From positions 216,790 through 280,789 of the forward strand of contig CAYFHS010000002.1 of NCBI GenBank assembly GCA_964342815.1: 64,000 nucleotides of DNA, read 5' to 3'. The stretch is from an uncultured archaeon. Lineage in GTDB: Archaea; Thermoplasmatota; Penumbrarchaeia; JASLWR01. Below, piece after piece: positions 38,713-49,000 of the stretch. The position numbers and the translations under genes are program-made. Below the pieces are notes generated by a model. That model saw only the letters and a list, made by a program, of their open reading frames with translations, searched no databases and had not been told where the DNA came from. Position 1 is the first letter of the stretch. Every line of letters begins with the position of its first letter.

Positions 38713-40299
38713 TTGGCCTCGATACTCATAATATCATTAGTTGTATACTGGCCGGAAACCCAAGTGGTGAATGTCGAGGAATTCAAGATAGGAGTCTATT
38801 CCGACGGCGAAATAGTGAAATTCAAAGGAAGAGTAATTTCATGTAAATTAATTCAAACTTCTTATGGTAACGCCACGGTAGTTGAGTTTGAAAACCTCGA
38901 TTTTCCTTTCTGTTTTTTGGGAGATCATACACAGAAATACATAGAGGGAAAAGATTGTATCACGAAAGTTAAATTCCATGAATATCAAATCGATGGCGTA
39001 AAACGAGTATTTATCGAAGAAATGATTTTAGGGTGGTATTTAACTATTGAAGAGATCATTCAGGGAGTATCATTTTTTGAAGGAATGGGCCTACTTGGGA
39101 ATGATATAGAAGGAAATGATGATACTTTTAGCCTTCAAGTGAATTCTATTAAATATAACAAGACATATCCCTTAATATATTATGATACTTCACTTAATGA
39201 GATTGCATCAACGAATAGGTTTGAAGACAACGGGAAAAATCTATTTGAAAGTTCAAACTCAGATTCATTTATAGTTAAATTCATTGATCTCATTGGTTCT
39301 GAATACATGGAGCTAATGAGCCTATGCGATTCTGATTACAAATGTACTAAACAAAAGAATGATGAGAGTTATTTGCCCGATAGAATTGATTTAATTGATA
39401 ATGACGGAGATGGAAATTTAAGTTTAGGTGATACCTTTCAGATTGACCTTGCACCAACAGCAGATAAGTATACATTCAATAATTATATTTTTAATGCGGG
39501 AGGAATTACATCCGGAGCGAATGTCATTCTAAACTGGTATAAAGGTCCATTTTTTACTCCTGAACATATGCCATTTTACACTTTGGGATTGGTTAAGGAA
39601 GAAGTTTCCGGTGAAGATTATTCTCATATCATAACGATAGATGAGTGTAATGGAAATCCATTGAATTTAGCGGAAATTAACGTTTATTTGACCGAGGCGG
39701 GTCGCTCACCTAAACGTATCACTAATGAAAAGATATACGATGGGATGAACATTCCCTTGGAATGGATTGGAGATTCATTTTCCGGGGCCTTATTTTCCAT
39801 TCATGATATGAATCAGAACAATTTTCTTGATTCTGGTGATTATTTCCAAATTAATAATCTAAAGAAAAACTTTGCATATGAATTAATGGTCAGAGATAAT
39901 GAGTTCACCCCTATGATAGAAAGTTTGTTCTTAGTTTCCCATGGAATGAATAAATGCAACTTTCCATTGCTTGTTTTAAGTGCACCTAATTATAGTGATG
40001 GAAATATCACTATTGATGTTATCAATATTAATGGGAGTTTCTCATATCTTCCAGATCTATTGATTGAGTTGTCAATACCAGAAAGAGAAATTCAGACTTC
40101 AATCTATGCCGCTGATGAAAGATATCCCGACGATCAAACGATTCGTCTTGCATTTAACGACTCTGATAATAACAGATATCTTACAAAGAATGATTCAATC
40201 GAAATCAATGGTTTGGATGCAAATACCTTTTTTTCTTTGAGGGTTATGTTGTTTGATTTTACGATATATGAATTTAACGGGAATGCCCTATTTGAATAG
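38713..40299 (+). CDS. AT-rich secreted/surface protein with three DxDxDG-like Ca-binding repeats
   Basis: N-terminal hydrophobic signal; DNDGDGNLSLGD, DMNQNNFLDSGD, DSDNNRYLTKND; markedly AT-rich; true start probably about 12 codons upstream. Confidence 0.75.
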   Translation: MASILIISLVVYWPETQVVNVEEFKIGVYSDGEIVKFKGRVISCKLIQTSYGNATVVEFENLDFPFCFLGDHTQKYIEGKDCITKVKFHEYQIDGVKRVFIEEMILGWYLTIEEIIQGVSFFEGMGLLGNDIEGNDDTFSLQVNSIKYNKTYPLIYYDTSLNEIASTNRFEDNGKNLFESSNSDSFIVKFIDLIGSEYMELMSLCDSDYKCTKQKNDESYLPDRIDLIDNDGDGNLSLGDTFQIDLAPTADKYTFNNYIFNAGGITSGANVILNWYKGPFFTPEHMPFYTLGLVKEEVSGEDYSHIITIDECNGNPLNLAEINVYLTEAGRSPKRITNEKIYDGMNIPLEWIGDSFSGALFSIHDMNQNNFLDSGDYFQINNLKKNFAYELMVRDNEFTPMIESLFLVSHGMNKCNFPLLVLSAPNYSDGNITIDVININGSFSYLPDLLIELSIPEREIQTSIYAADERYPDDQTIRLAFNDSDNNRYLTKNDSIEINGLDANTFFSLRVMLFDFTIYEFNGNALFE

Positions 40300-40361
40300 A
40301 ATTTTGAATTGAAACCGACTGTGCGATCCCAGGATACTTTTATCCCTTCAGGCTTTCTTCC

Positions 40362-40718
40362 TAGAGGGGTTGCGCCCGTTTCACTTCGGCGCATAAGATA
40401 GATAGTCGATGAATCAACATTCATCTGTATCCTCGGCATATATACTTGCGGATACGCCTGATATCTCGGTAAATAGAAATCTCATTATGATATATATTGG
40501 GTCGCCTAGGTCGACCCTGGGCCGTCACGGCCCCTTCGTATATTTTATGTTATTTTTTGGAATCGGGCCTGCGCCCACTACGTTCCGCAATACCTTCGGC
40601 ATTGCTGCGCCCTCGGGATGTAACCCTGCGGGTGTTTCTTACGTCGCCCGTAGGCTCACCAGCCGAGGGCTCAGGGGTATCTTTGATGCCCCGGAGTGAA
40701 ACGGGAGCAGGCCCTCTA
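40362..40718. mobile_element. GC-rich structured element with imperfect inverted repeats (MITE-like or ncRNA), contains copy 2 of the 1480 element
   Basis: agaggggttgcgcccgtttcacttcggcgcat (40363-40394) is an imperfect inverted repeat of 40686-40717; multiple internal hairpins; lies between convergent genes. Confidence 0.55.
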
Positions 40719-40802
40719 AAAACCGAAGAGGTATAATCGTATAAATACAAAAAAATCACTACATGAGCTCTGCGTTCCTCGGATGCTTTGAGCTTTCGGA
40801 CT

Positions 40803-43800
40803 TCACCCCATCTTCCCCTTCACCCCGCAGCTCGGGCACTTGATCTTCTTCGCATTCTTTTCAACGAAGAACGATGCATCGCATTTCGGGCATTCCACCT
40901 TTTCGGCCGCACCGGACAGTTTATCGAGTATCTCCTTTTTGGACACTTTCGTCACTGTCTTCTTCCGGCCCGCGTCCGCCGGTGCAGGGGGAAGTTTTTT
41001 CGGTTCGGGCGGCTGCTGTCTCTTCTTGAGTTTATCGAACTCCGCCGCCGGAACGTCTCCCCTGGCGCCGCAGTGCGGACAGGTGATATTCTTTCTGGTT
41101 CTCGTGGTAAAACCCTTGTTGCACTTTGGACACCTTATCTTGACCCCGTCATCGATTATCTCCGACGCGGTTTTTGCCGGGAGAAGCTTTTCTTTTTTTG
41201 CCGGTGCCGTCTTTTTCCTTTTCCGCTCGCTCAATGCCCAGTCCTTTCTTTTCTGCAGCAGCTCGGGAACTTCAGTGGTGATAGTTCCGGTGGCCCCGCA
41301 CTGGGGGCACTTCATGGCCAGCGGTCTCTCGCCGTAATCAAGCACGTCAAAGGTCTCGCTGCACTTTGGGCATATTATCGGCTGGGTGATAGGTTCGATA
41401 AGCTCCGTAATGGGAACGTCCTCTTCTATCTCTACCTCTTCCTCCACCACCTCCGCAACCTCCTCGACATCCACTTTCACCGAGCCAGCCTCCAGCTTTC
41501 CCACTGCTCCTCCCCGTTTCCTTTTCTTGATCACCACTATCAGAAATACAACAATGACCAAAATGATACCTATGAAACCGTACTGGTACATGGCGCCCCC
41601 GGGGATGAACGGAATGAATTTCATCCCATCATCCGCAGTTTCCTCAGGTTCCGGCTCGACGGGTATTGGGGCTCTGCGGGTTATGTTTACCGAATCATAC
41701 GCTGTATAACCGGGATAATCGTCGTTGATTATTTGGGCGAATATCTCGTAGTCTCCTTTGGATTTCATGTTAAAGGTGGTGACGATCTCCTCGAAGTCCT
41801 CCGTGAACTCCTGCGAATCTATCTCCTCATCTTTCATTTTAAGGATGATCACCACCTTATCGATAAAATCGCCTTCCGCCTCAACCGTGACATCGACGTT
41901 TCGCGTCTTGTATGGGAATTTTTTACCGTCACCAGGGTTTGTGATCTCGATGGAAGGAGTGTCCAGTATCACCTCGTCCCCTCCCGCTTTAATTACCGTC
42001 ACATCGAGGGTGACAGTATCATTGCCGCCCTTCTTGTCGTCCACCGTGAGCGTAATGACGTATGTGCCTTCGAGATCGTAGACGTGGGTTACTTCTTTTC
42101 CGTTTTCTTCTTCCGTAATGCCGTCTGAATCGTCGAAATCCCAGGTGAAATCGAGGTCGTCCTCATCTTCATCCTCGGAATCCTCAGCTGTAAGGACTAC
42201 CTCGGTCCCCTCCTTTATCTCACCGGTATTTTTCAGTTTGATATGAGCCACCGGCGGCGTGTTGATTAAAACCGTCAGCGTGTCATTCGCACTGGCTCCT
42301 TCCCCATCCGTAACCATGAGAGTCACAGTGTATTCGCCGGCATCTTTATACGCATAAACGGGAGCCGCTCCGGTCTTCGTCTTACCATTGCCCATATCCC
42401 ACGAGTAGGTGAGATTGTCCACCTCGTCCCCGTCAATAGCTCCGTTCCCGTCAATGTCGTCGTCCGGATCGAAACTGCCGCTGCTATCGAATTTTATATC
42501 GTCCTTAATATTGCCGAGGATATCCTCTCCGGCCTCGGAGATCGGGGGAGTGTTTCTTACTATAATGACGACGTCCAGCTCCGTAGAGTCCTTCCCGTTG
42601 CGGCCGTCGAGAACCCAGAGTATCACTATATACTCACCGGCTTCCTCGTATGTGTGTTCAACCTCTTCCTCCACTGCGTCGATCTCACCATCGCTTTCGA
42701 AATCCCAATTGTATTCCAGTTTGTCCCCGTCCTCGTCGCTGGAGTTCCCTGCGAAGAAGGTCATGGGCTCATCAACATATCCTGCGGAAGTACCTATGAG
42801 TACGGCTATTGGCGGTTTGTTGACGATGATGATCTGGTCGTCGGTGTCATTGCCGCCGAAAGGATCCGAAACGGTCAGGTTGACGGTGAACTCTCCCCGC
42901 TTTGTGAATTTATATGTGGGGGAAACGCTCTGCGAATCCACCTCGCCGTCACCGTCGAAATCCCATGCAAAATGGAGAGGATCTCCTTCTTTGTCGGTCC
43001 CGTTACCGTTGAATTGAACCGTTGTGTTGACATTTATTTTATTATTATCGACATTGATCCTTGCCTTAGGTGCAATATTTTCGACGATCTCGATGTCAAT
43101 GGTATCCGTGTCGTTTGCAGCACTTGGATCCTCTACCATGAGCGTGGCCACGTATGCCCCCGTGCTGTTGAAGGAATGTTTTGGAGTCTTGTTGAAATCG
43201 TCCCAAACTCCGTCGGACTCGAAGTCCCACCTGTACGAAAGCGAATCCCCGTCCGGGTCGGAGGATTCCGAAGCATCGAAGGTGACTTCCTCGTTAACCC
43301 TGGCATCGGTCTTGCTCACGTTAGCACTGGCATTGGGCGCTTCGTTTGGCGTAAGGGTGACAAAAATGGTGACCTTTGCTGTAGAGCTTGCACCGTGAAT
43401 GTCCGATACTGTAAGCGTTATATTATGTGTACCGGCCAACAGGTTTCTCGAAAAGACCGGCTGTGTTGAGAGCTGGCCTGCCTTGTCCGATCTCCAGACG
43501 TAGCCGTCCAGTTCCTCGTTCCCGTTGGGATCCGTAGTGGCGCTCCCGTCAAAACTTATGGAGTCGGATGTGAAGTAGTTTTCACCGTCTGCGGGAGAAC
43601 TTATTATGGTCTGAGGCGGCGAATTGCCAGAGAAGGAAAGCGCGTAAACGTCCTTGTTCCCGGGCTCAATAGAGTCCCAGGTGACCCAGAAACCGCCCTT
43701 AGCGTCCTGGAAGATACAGGGATCGACGTTGTTCCGGAAATCAGTCGGTACAACCTTTGGCTGTGAGTAATGGATCAGGTCGATCGAATCGGAGAGATGA

Positions 43801-46004
43801 AGCGTATCCGTATCATCAGAGTACACAAGCCTGTACATAGCTGTGCTGTCCTGCATCACCGACGGAAAGTAATTATCCTTCACCGTGAAAGTTATCCGGC
43901 TTGCCGTAGAGAAGTTCGCCAGACCCAGGAACACGGTTTGCCAGATCTCGAAATTCCCAGTCCTGTCGCTTGAGAACAACACGGAAATATTTCCATTTTT
44001 ACCTTCCACCAGAGACGGCTCCCTGCTGCGGGAAAGACCTGTGGTGGCAGTTAGAGGCTGCGATAATGATGACAGGGAGTTTCCATATGCTATCCGAATG
44101 GATGTTCCCACTGGTGCAGGCTCATTTATGGAGTACGCCAGGAATATCTTTCCGTCAGCGCGCTGGAAAATGCAGGGATCCATTTCGTCGTATGGGCTGG
44201 TGGTCATCCGGACCGGGGCCGACCAGTATCCGCCCCATTGTGAATATCTAACATAGATGTCGAAGTTTCCCGATGCATCGGAACTGTATGCCAAAGCGTA
44301 GCTCATATTGTCCAGTTGAATCAGTGAAGCTTCCCTTTCGGTGGAAGGCTCATCGGTTACCCGGATGGGAGCGCTCCAGTCTATACCATCCACCGAACTC
44401 TTGAGGAAGATGTTCCAGTTTCCGTCCCTGGAGCTTGACCAGGCGCACCAGAATACGCCGTAATCGTCGAATATGGTGCTCGATCCAACGTCCGGGGACT
44501 GGTGAGATGTGATCTGCTTGGGTCTGGAGAATTCCTTTATCATCAACAACCTTGAATCCGAATTTGACCATGAACCGTTGTTATCCTTTACCCTGAGATA
44601 GATGGTGTGGTTGCCCGGCATGAGAGAATTCATTGTAAAGTTCTGCTTGTTGGACAGCTGACCGCCTATGGAGGAAGACCAGCTCCATTCCACTATGGTC
44701 CCGTCATCGTTTCCCTGGCCCTTGAACTCGATGTTATCCAGCTTGAAAGCCGGGTTCGGCAATATGGAGAGGATACTGCAGGTGGGTTTGGGGTTGATAC
44801 CAACATTATTTACCGTTACCTGGAGGGATCGGACCGCGGACTCGTCGAGAGAATCGTTGGCCTTGGCGGATATCATATGAACGCCATTGGTCTCGAGAGT
44901 GGTATCCCAATTAAGAAGCCAGTCATCCGTCCCCACGGCCCTGTGCCACATGCCGCCGTCAAAACTTATCCATACACTGTCAATCAGGTCTCCATCGTCC
45001 TCATCCGCTGCCGTCCCGGAGATCGCCACGGTGGAATTTACTTCCTGGCCATCAGTTGGGTGGGTGATGGTCACCGTAGGGGGTTTGTTTTCCTTCACCG
45101 TAACAGTACAGCTGTCCAATGCCTCGGCCCCATCATCATCTGTCACCTTCAGGGATGCCGTGAACACCCCAGGATCCACATAACGGTGGCTGGTACGCCC
45201 TCCCATTGCAGAAGCCCAATCGTAGTTGCCGTCACTTTCAAAATCCCACTCGTACTGGGTGATATAACCATCAGTGTCGGCTCCCGTCCCCACCAGATCG
45301 GCAACCTCACCTTCACGAATGGAAATGTCGCTGCCCGCATCCGCCACCGGGGGATAGTTCGCGTCGTAATAGTCTATCTCCAATGCCGAGTCGTAGAGGA
45401 CGGAATCGTAGAGAAATTCAAGATCATTGCTGGTGGTCTGGGCGGTGATCTCAAGCTCCAGTTTGGAGTTCTGCATGATGTAGGTGGAGGGTATGTCGAA
45501 GGTGGCAGTGCCGGTCCGAGTCCTGAGTCCGGATAGGCCCCGGAGAGTAATTGTGTTGTTCTTTATCTGTGCCCCGGATCCCTTGAGGGTAAAGTTTAAC
45601 TGCATGGATGCCACAGGTAGGAACCTCGTATTCAAAAGAGTATAGCTAACGGTGACCTCGCCCTTTACCTCCGCCCGGTATTCGGGAATAGAGTGGCTCC
45701 ACAGGCCCACCTGGCTCCACTGAGCGCCAGGACTGGCCCGGTCAATGGAGATTCTCTGAGGGGTGCTGCTTGTTGGATTTTCCCGGGATAGCTGGCTCGA
45801 ACCCCGAAGATAGAACGTGCTGATGTCTCTCCCAGCTCTCTCGTTTCTGGTGCCCCCGGTTGAGGCAGGTATAATGGGGAAGATGTTTGCTATCAGCAAT
45901 AGGACGGTGACTGTGGCCATAAGCAGTCTAAATGCGGATGTGTTATTGGTCACGCTGAAAAAATATCTTATTTTCATTTTATTTGATCCCCCAGTGCTTT
46001 TCAA
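40803..46004 (-). CDS. Large single-pass surface protein (Ig-like, beta-propeller, multiple PKD domains) with three cytoplasmic Zn ribbons
   Basis: PKD motifs (Y.WDF..DG, TL.V.D..G), propeller-like repeats, TM near 41530-41595, then CPKC..CPQC, CPKC..CPHC, CPKC..CPSC. Confidence 0.88.
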   Translation of the reverse strand: MKSTGGSNKMKIRYFFSVTNNTSAFRLLMATVTVLLLIANIFPIIPASTGGTRNERAGRDISTFYLRGSSQLSRENPTSSTPQRISIDRASPGAQWSQVGLWSHSIPEYRAEVKGEVTVSYTLLNTRFLPVASMQLNFTLKGSGAQIKNNTITLRGLSGLRTRTGTATFDIPSTYIMQNSKLELEITAQTTSNDLEFLYDSVLYDSALEIDYYDANYPPVADAGSDISIREGEVADLVGTGADTDGYITQYEWDFESDGNYDWASAMGGRTSHRYVDPGVFTASLKVTDDDGAEALDSCTVTVKENKPPTVTITHPTDGQEVNSTVAISGTAADEDDGDLIDSVWISFDGGMWHRAVGTDDWLLNWDTTLETNGVHMISAKANDSLDESAVRSLQVTVNNVGINPKPTCSILSILPNPAFKLDNIEFKGQGNDDGTIVEWSWSSSIGGQLSNKQNFTMNSLMPGNHTIYLRVKDNNGSWSNSDSRLLMIKEFSRPKQITSHQSPDVGSSTIFDDYGVFWCAWSSSRDGNWNIFLKSSVDGIDWSAPIRVTDEPSTEREASLIQLDNMSYALAYSSDASGNFDIYVRYSQWGGYWSAPVRMTTSPYDEMDPCIFQRADGKIFLAYSINEPAPVGTSIRIAYGNSLSSLSQPLTATTGLSRSREPSLVEGKNGNISVLFSSDRTGNFEIWQTVFLGLANFSTASRITFTVKDNYFPSVMQDSTAMYRLVYSDDTDTLHLSDSIDLIHYSQPKVVPTDFRNNVDPCIFQDAKGGFWVTWDSIEPGNKDVYALSFSGNSPPQTIISSPADGENYFTSDSISFDGSATTDPNGNEELDGYVWRSDKAGQLSTQPVFSRNLLAGTHNITLTVSDIHGASSTAKVTIFVTLTPNEAPNASANVSKTDARVNEEVTFDASESSDPDGDSLSYRWDFESDGVWDDFNKTPKHSFNSTGAYVATLMVEDPSAANDTDTIDIEIVENIAPKARINVDNNKINVNTTVQFNGNGTDKEGDPLHFAWDFDGDGEVDSQSVSPTYKFTKRGEFTVNLTVSDPFGGNDTDDQIIIVNKPPIAVLIGTSAGYVDEPMTFFAGNSSDEDGDKLEYNWDFESDGEIDAVEEEVEHTYEEAGEYIVILWVLDGRNGKDSTELDVVIIVRNTPPISEAGEDILGNIKDDIKFDSSGSFDPDDDIDGNGAIDGDEVDNLTYSWDMGNGKTKTGAAPVYAYKDAGEYTVTLMVTDGEGASANDTLTVLINTPPVAHIKLKNTGEIKEGTEVVLTAEDSEDEDEDDLDFTWDFDDSDGITEEENGKEVTHVYDLEGTYVITLTVDDKKGGNDTVTLDVTVIKAGGDEVILDTPSIEITNPGDGKKFPYKTRNVDVTVEAEGDFIDKVVIILKMKDEEIDSQEFTEDFEEIVTTFNMKSKGDYEIFAQIINDDYPGYTAYDSVNITRRAPIPVEPEPEETADDGMKFIPFIPGGAMYQYGFIGIILVIVVFLIVVIKKRKRGGAVGKLEAGSVKVDVEEVAEVVEEEVEIEEDVPITELIEPITQPIICPKCSETFDVLDYGERPLAMKCPQCGATGTITTEVPELLQKRKDWALSERKRKKTAPAKKEKLLPAKTASEIIDDGVKIRCPKCNKGFTTRTRKNITCPHCGARGDVPAAEFDKLKKRQQPPEPKKLPPAPADAGRKKTVTKVSKKEILDKLSGAAEKVECPKCDASFFVEKNAKKIKCPSCGVKGKMG

Positions 46005-46098
46005 GGAGTAGATTATCTACCCCGCCATGGGAATACAGGCTCTGGAGATACCCTTACCTGTATCACTGTATATAATTATTACCCAATCTTCAATATCA

Positions 46099-49000
46099 TC
46101 ATAGTTCGATATGGAAATCTTCATCATCATAATCATCATCTGCCGTTTCCGTCTCACCTACTTCCTGTACCGGGATTTTTCCTTCGACTGGACCGTCTTT
46201 CCCTCCGATTGCTTTTTCCGTTTTTCTTGTGCAGTCCCATGGGACTTTTCCATTGGCGTTACCCTCCTCGGCTTCCGGCACCGTGACGTAGTTATCCGAT
46301 CCGCTGTTCTCATCTCTATGTATGTCACTTGAAATATCCTTCGATGATATTTCCTCCTCGTTGCTTTCGATCTCCGTGAAGCCAATGCCGCAGTTCGGAC
46401 ATTCTCCCACTCTCTCGAAACATGCCAGGTGATATTTTTTCCCACATGAACAGGTCACCAAAGGAAGTCCTGTCTTTACGATACCGAAACAGATGCTGCA
46501 TGAGACCGATTTCTCGGCAGGTGCCACCCGCCCCTTATTTACCTCTGCGTTTTCGGTTGACGTTAGGATTTCCATGTGCTCGGCAGCTCCGTCCTCAATC
46601 CTTCCCACAAGCTCTCCTTCCTCATTCGACGGCATCTTGGCCCTGATCCTAGTGACACCGCCTTTCAAAGTTCCACTGCCCCCTTTTTCCGATAAATGAT
46701 CAGGGGCCACTACCACCGGTCCCCTTGATTCCGATTTCCTGGTATATCCGTAATGTATTCCATTGGGTTCCAATTCGATCTCGGATCTGTCTTCCATGAC
46801 ATCATTGGCGATGCCGTGGGAGGGAATATATTCGATTTCCGGCTCCAGCACTTCCTCCTCGCCATCTTCCCGATCTTCAGGATCCGGATCTTCGCCTGCC
46901 CCGTCCCCTTTTTCAGGTACGGATCCGCTCCGACTTTTTCTTCTATGAAAAAGGAAAATGAGCACGACCAGCAGGATAAGTATGAAGATACCCCCGCCGA
47001 TCCACAACCATTCCAGTCCCCCACCGCCTCTTTTATCTTCATCATCCTTATCGTCAATGTCGTCGTCATCCGACCCCACCACCTCATCAGTTAGCAAAAT
47101 GTTAACATTCAGTTCACGCTTACCACCGACGAAGGCTGCAGTTATGTTCAGCGGGTAATTGCCGATATCGAGCTTTGTCGTGTTGTGAATATTAATCTGT
47201 ACCCCGGTCTGTCCGCCCCTTGGAACGGTGATGCTCCGATTGAATGACACATGCCCCCACAGTGGACCGGTGATAGAGAGCTTAACCTCTATGTTGGTGT
47301 TCCCGAGATTAACCAGAGTGAGATTCAAGGTGGTATTCCGTCCTCTTATTATCACAAGGTCGTCGGAATTGAAATGAATGTCAAGGTTGTAAAGTACCTC
47401 GTACGAGCTGTCCAGGGTAAAGTTCCAGACCCCTGACGAGCAGATACCGGGTATCTCGCCGGCAAGGGGAATAACCTTCCACCAGTAAACGGACTTGTCT
47501 TCGAGGTCAGTTAGCAGGTACCACGTTCGGGTGCTGTTGCCCAGTTCTTCAAGAGTATGTTTTTCATTGCCGAAATATATCTGGTATGTCAGAGATGGAA
47601 GGGGATTGATCACCCTCCACGACAGGTTTACATCGGTGGTATTCACTGCAGCGCCATTTTCAGGAAAGAGAAGTTCCACCTGCGGCATGGCGGAAGTATT
47701 GATGATGAAGCTCCATGTACTGCCGGTGCTCAGGGCGGAATTCTCACCGTCGTTACCCACGACGTACCAATAATAAGTCGCCCCGTCCTCAAGGTCCCTA
47801 ACGTCGAGTTTGGAAGATTCCAGACTCCCCATGTAGAAACCGGGTGGATCGCTTTTGGACAGATAAACCTCGAAACTTGTGTTTTCGTCATCGACATCGA
47901 TGAAATCCCATGAAAGTGTAACGTCTCTCGAAAATAATATACTGTTGTTTGCAGGATGAGTCAGGGTGACCACCGGCGGATCATTCACCGGGGTTACGGT
48001 GACGGGTAAGGATATGCTGGATGAATTTGAGCGATTTTCAGCCTCGAACACTGTGGCGTTTAACATGATGTTGCCAAAGTAATCTTTTTTTGGTATGATT
48101 GTGATGTGATGGTCATGGTCCAAGGATGCAGTTATATTTTCATCATCGCACGTTACAGAGAAATCCAAAGTGTCCTTCTCATCGTCGGTGACATATGATC
48201 CCAGGGAGTAATGGGTGGTCATTTCCCGGTCTTCTTCCAAAACAATGGCCGGGGGAAATTTGCGCCATGCGGGAAGGTCGTTCACTTCGAAGACGGTGAC
48301 GTTGAAAATATTGCTCGTGGCCATTCGTCCATAGAGATTGGTGCACTTCACCTTGAATCTGGTTATACCGGTCCAGTTCACGGAAAGGGATATTACGTTG
48401 AGCCATTTCCCTTCAACTTCCGAAGTGATGTTGGCATCGTCAAACCCAGTGACGTTATAGATCGGATCCCTTATTCCGGAATAGGGGTCGCTGAAATGAT
48501 GATCAAGGTTCAAAAGGTTCTTAGTAAGGTTCTCTTCAGGAATCATGAGATCTGGAATATCTTGCATCAATTTCGGGGATTTCTCCGGGGTCCAGTTCAG
48601 CGCCCAATCAATTAACATAGGTGTACGGGTACGATTTGATCCCATAAATCCTTCAAGGTATACCACTGGATGTTCCCACGTGTTTATTTCCAAGAGGTCA
48701 AGGGAAATTGTGCCGGACGTCCCGTTGTCCCACGCTAATGGCTGCCCCGTGGCCGCGTCGTGAATGGACAGGTTCAACATGGTACCGTTATCTACCCGGC
48801 GGCTTGCGTGGAAAACATCCCAGGTGTTATTTTCCGGTACGAAGATATTCGCGGAACGGAAAGTGGAGTTTTTGTGCCCCGTGGAAGCACGATCCATTAT
48901 CTCACTGGGTCCCATTGCCCGGTCGTAAAGGATCATCTCGTCCATGATGCCCTGAAAAGAGCTGTTTTTCATACCTGCGGGATAGCCGCCATCGCTTTCC

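Noticed and set aside
38538-38846. 102-aa ORF on +
   Set aside because: It starts inside a palindrome and overlaps the better-supported 528-aa gene out of frame
40300-40760. SRP RNA, RNase P RNA or tRNA
   Set aside because: No SRP GGAA/AGCAG S-domain motif, no GAGGAAAGUCC and no T-loop consensus found
40788-45536. Several long + strand ORFs (446, 271 and 309 aa)
   Set aside because: They are antisense shadows of the PKD-repeat surface protein
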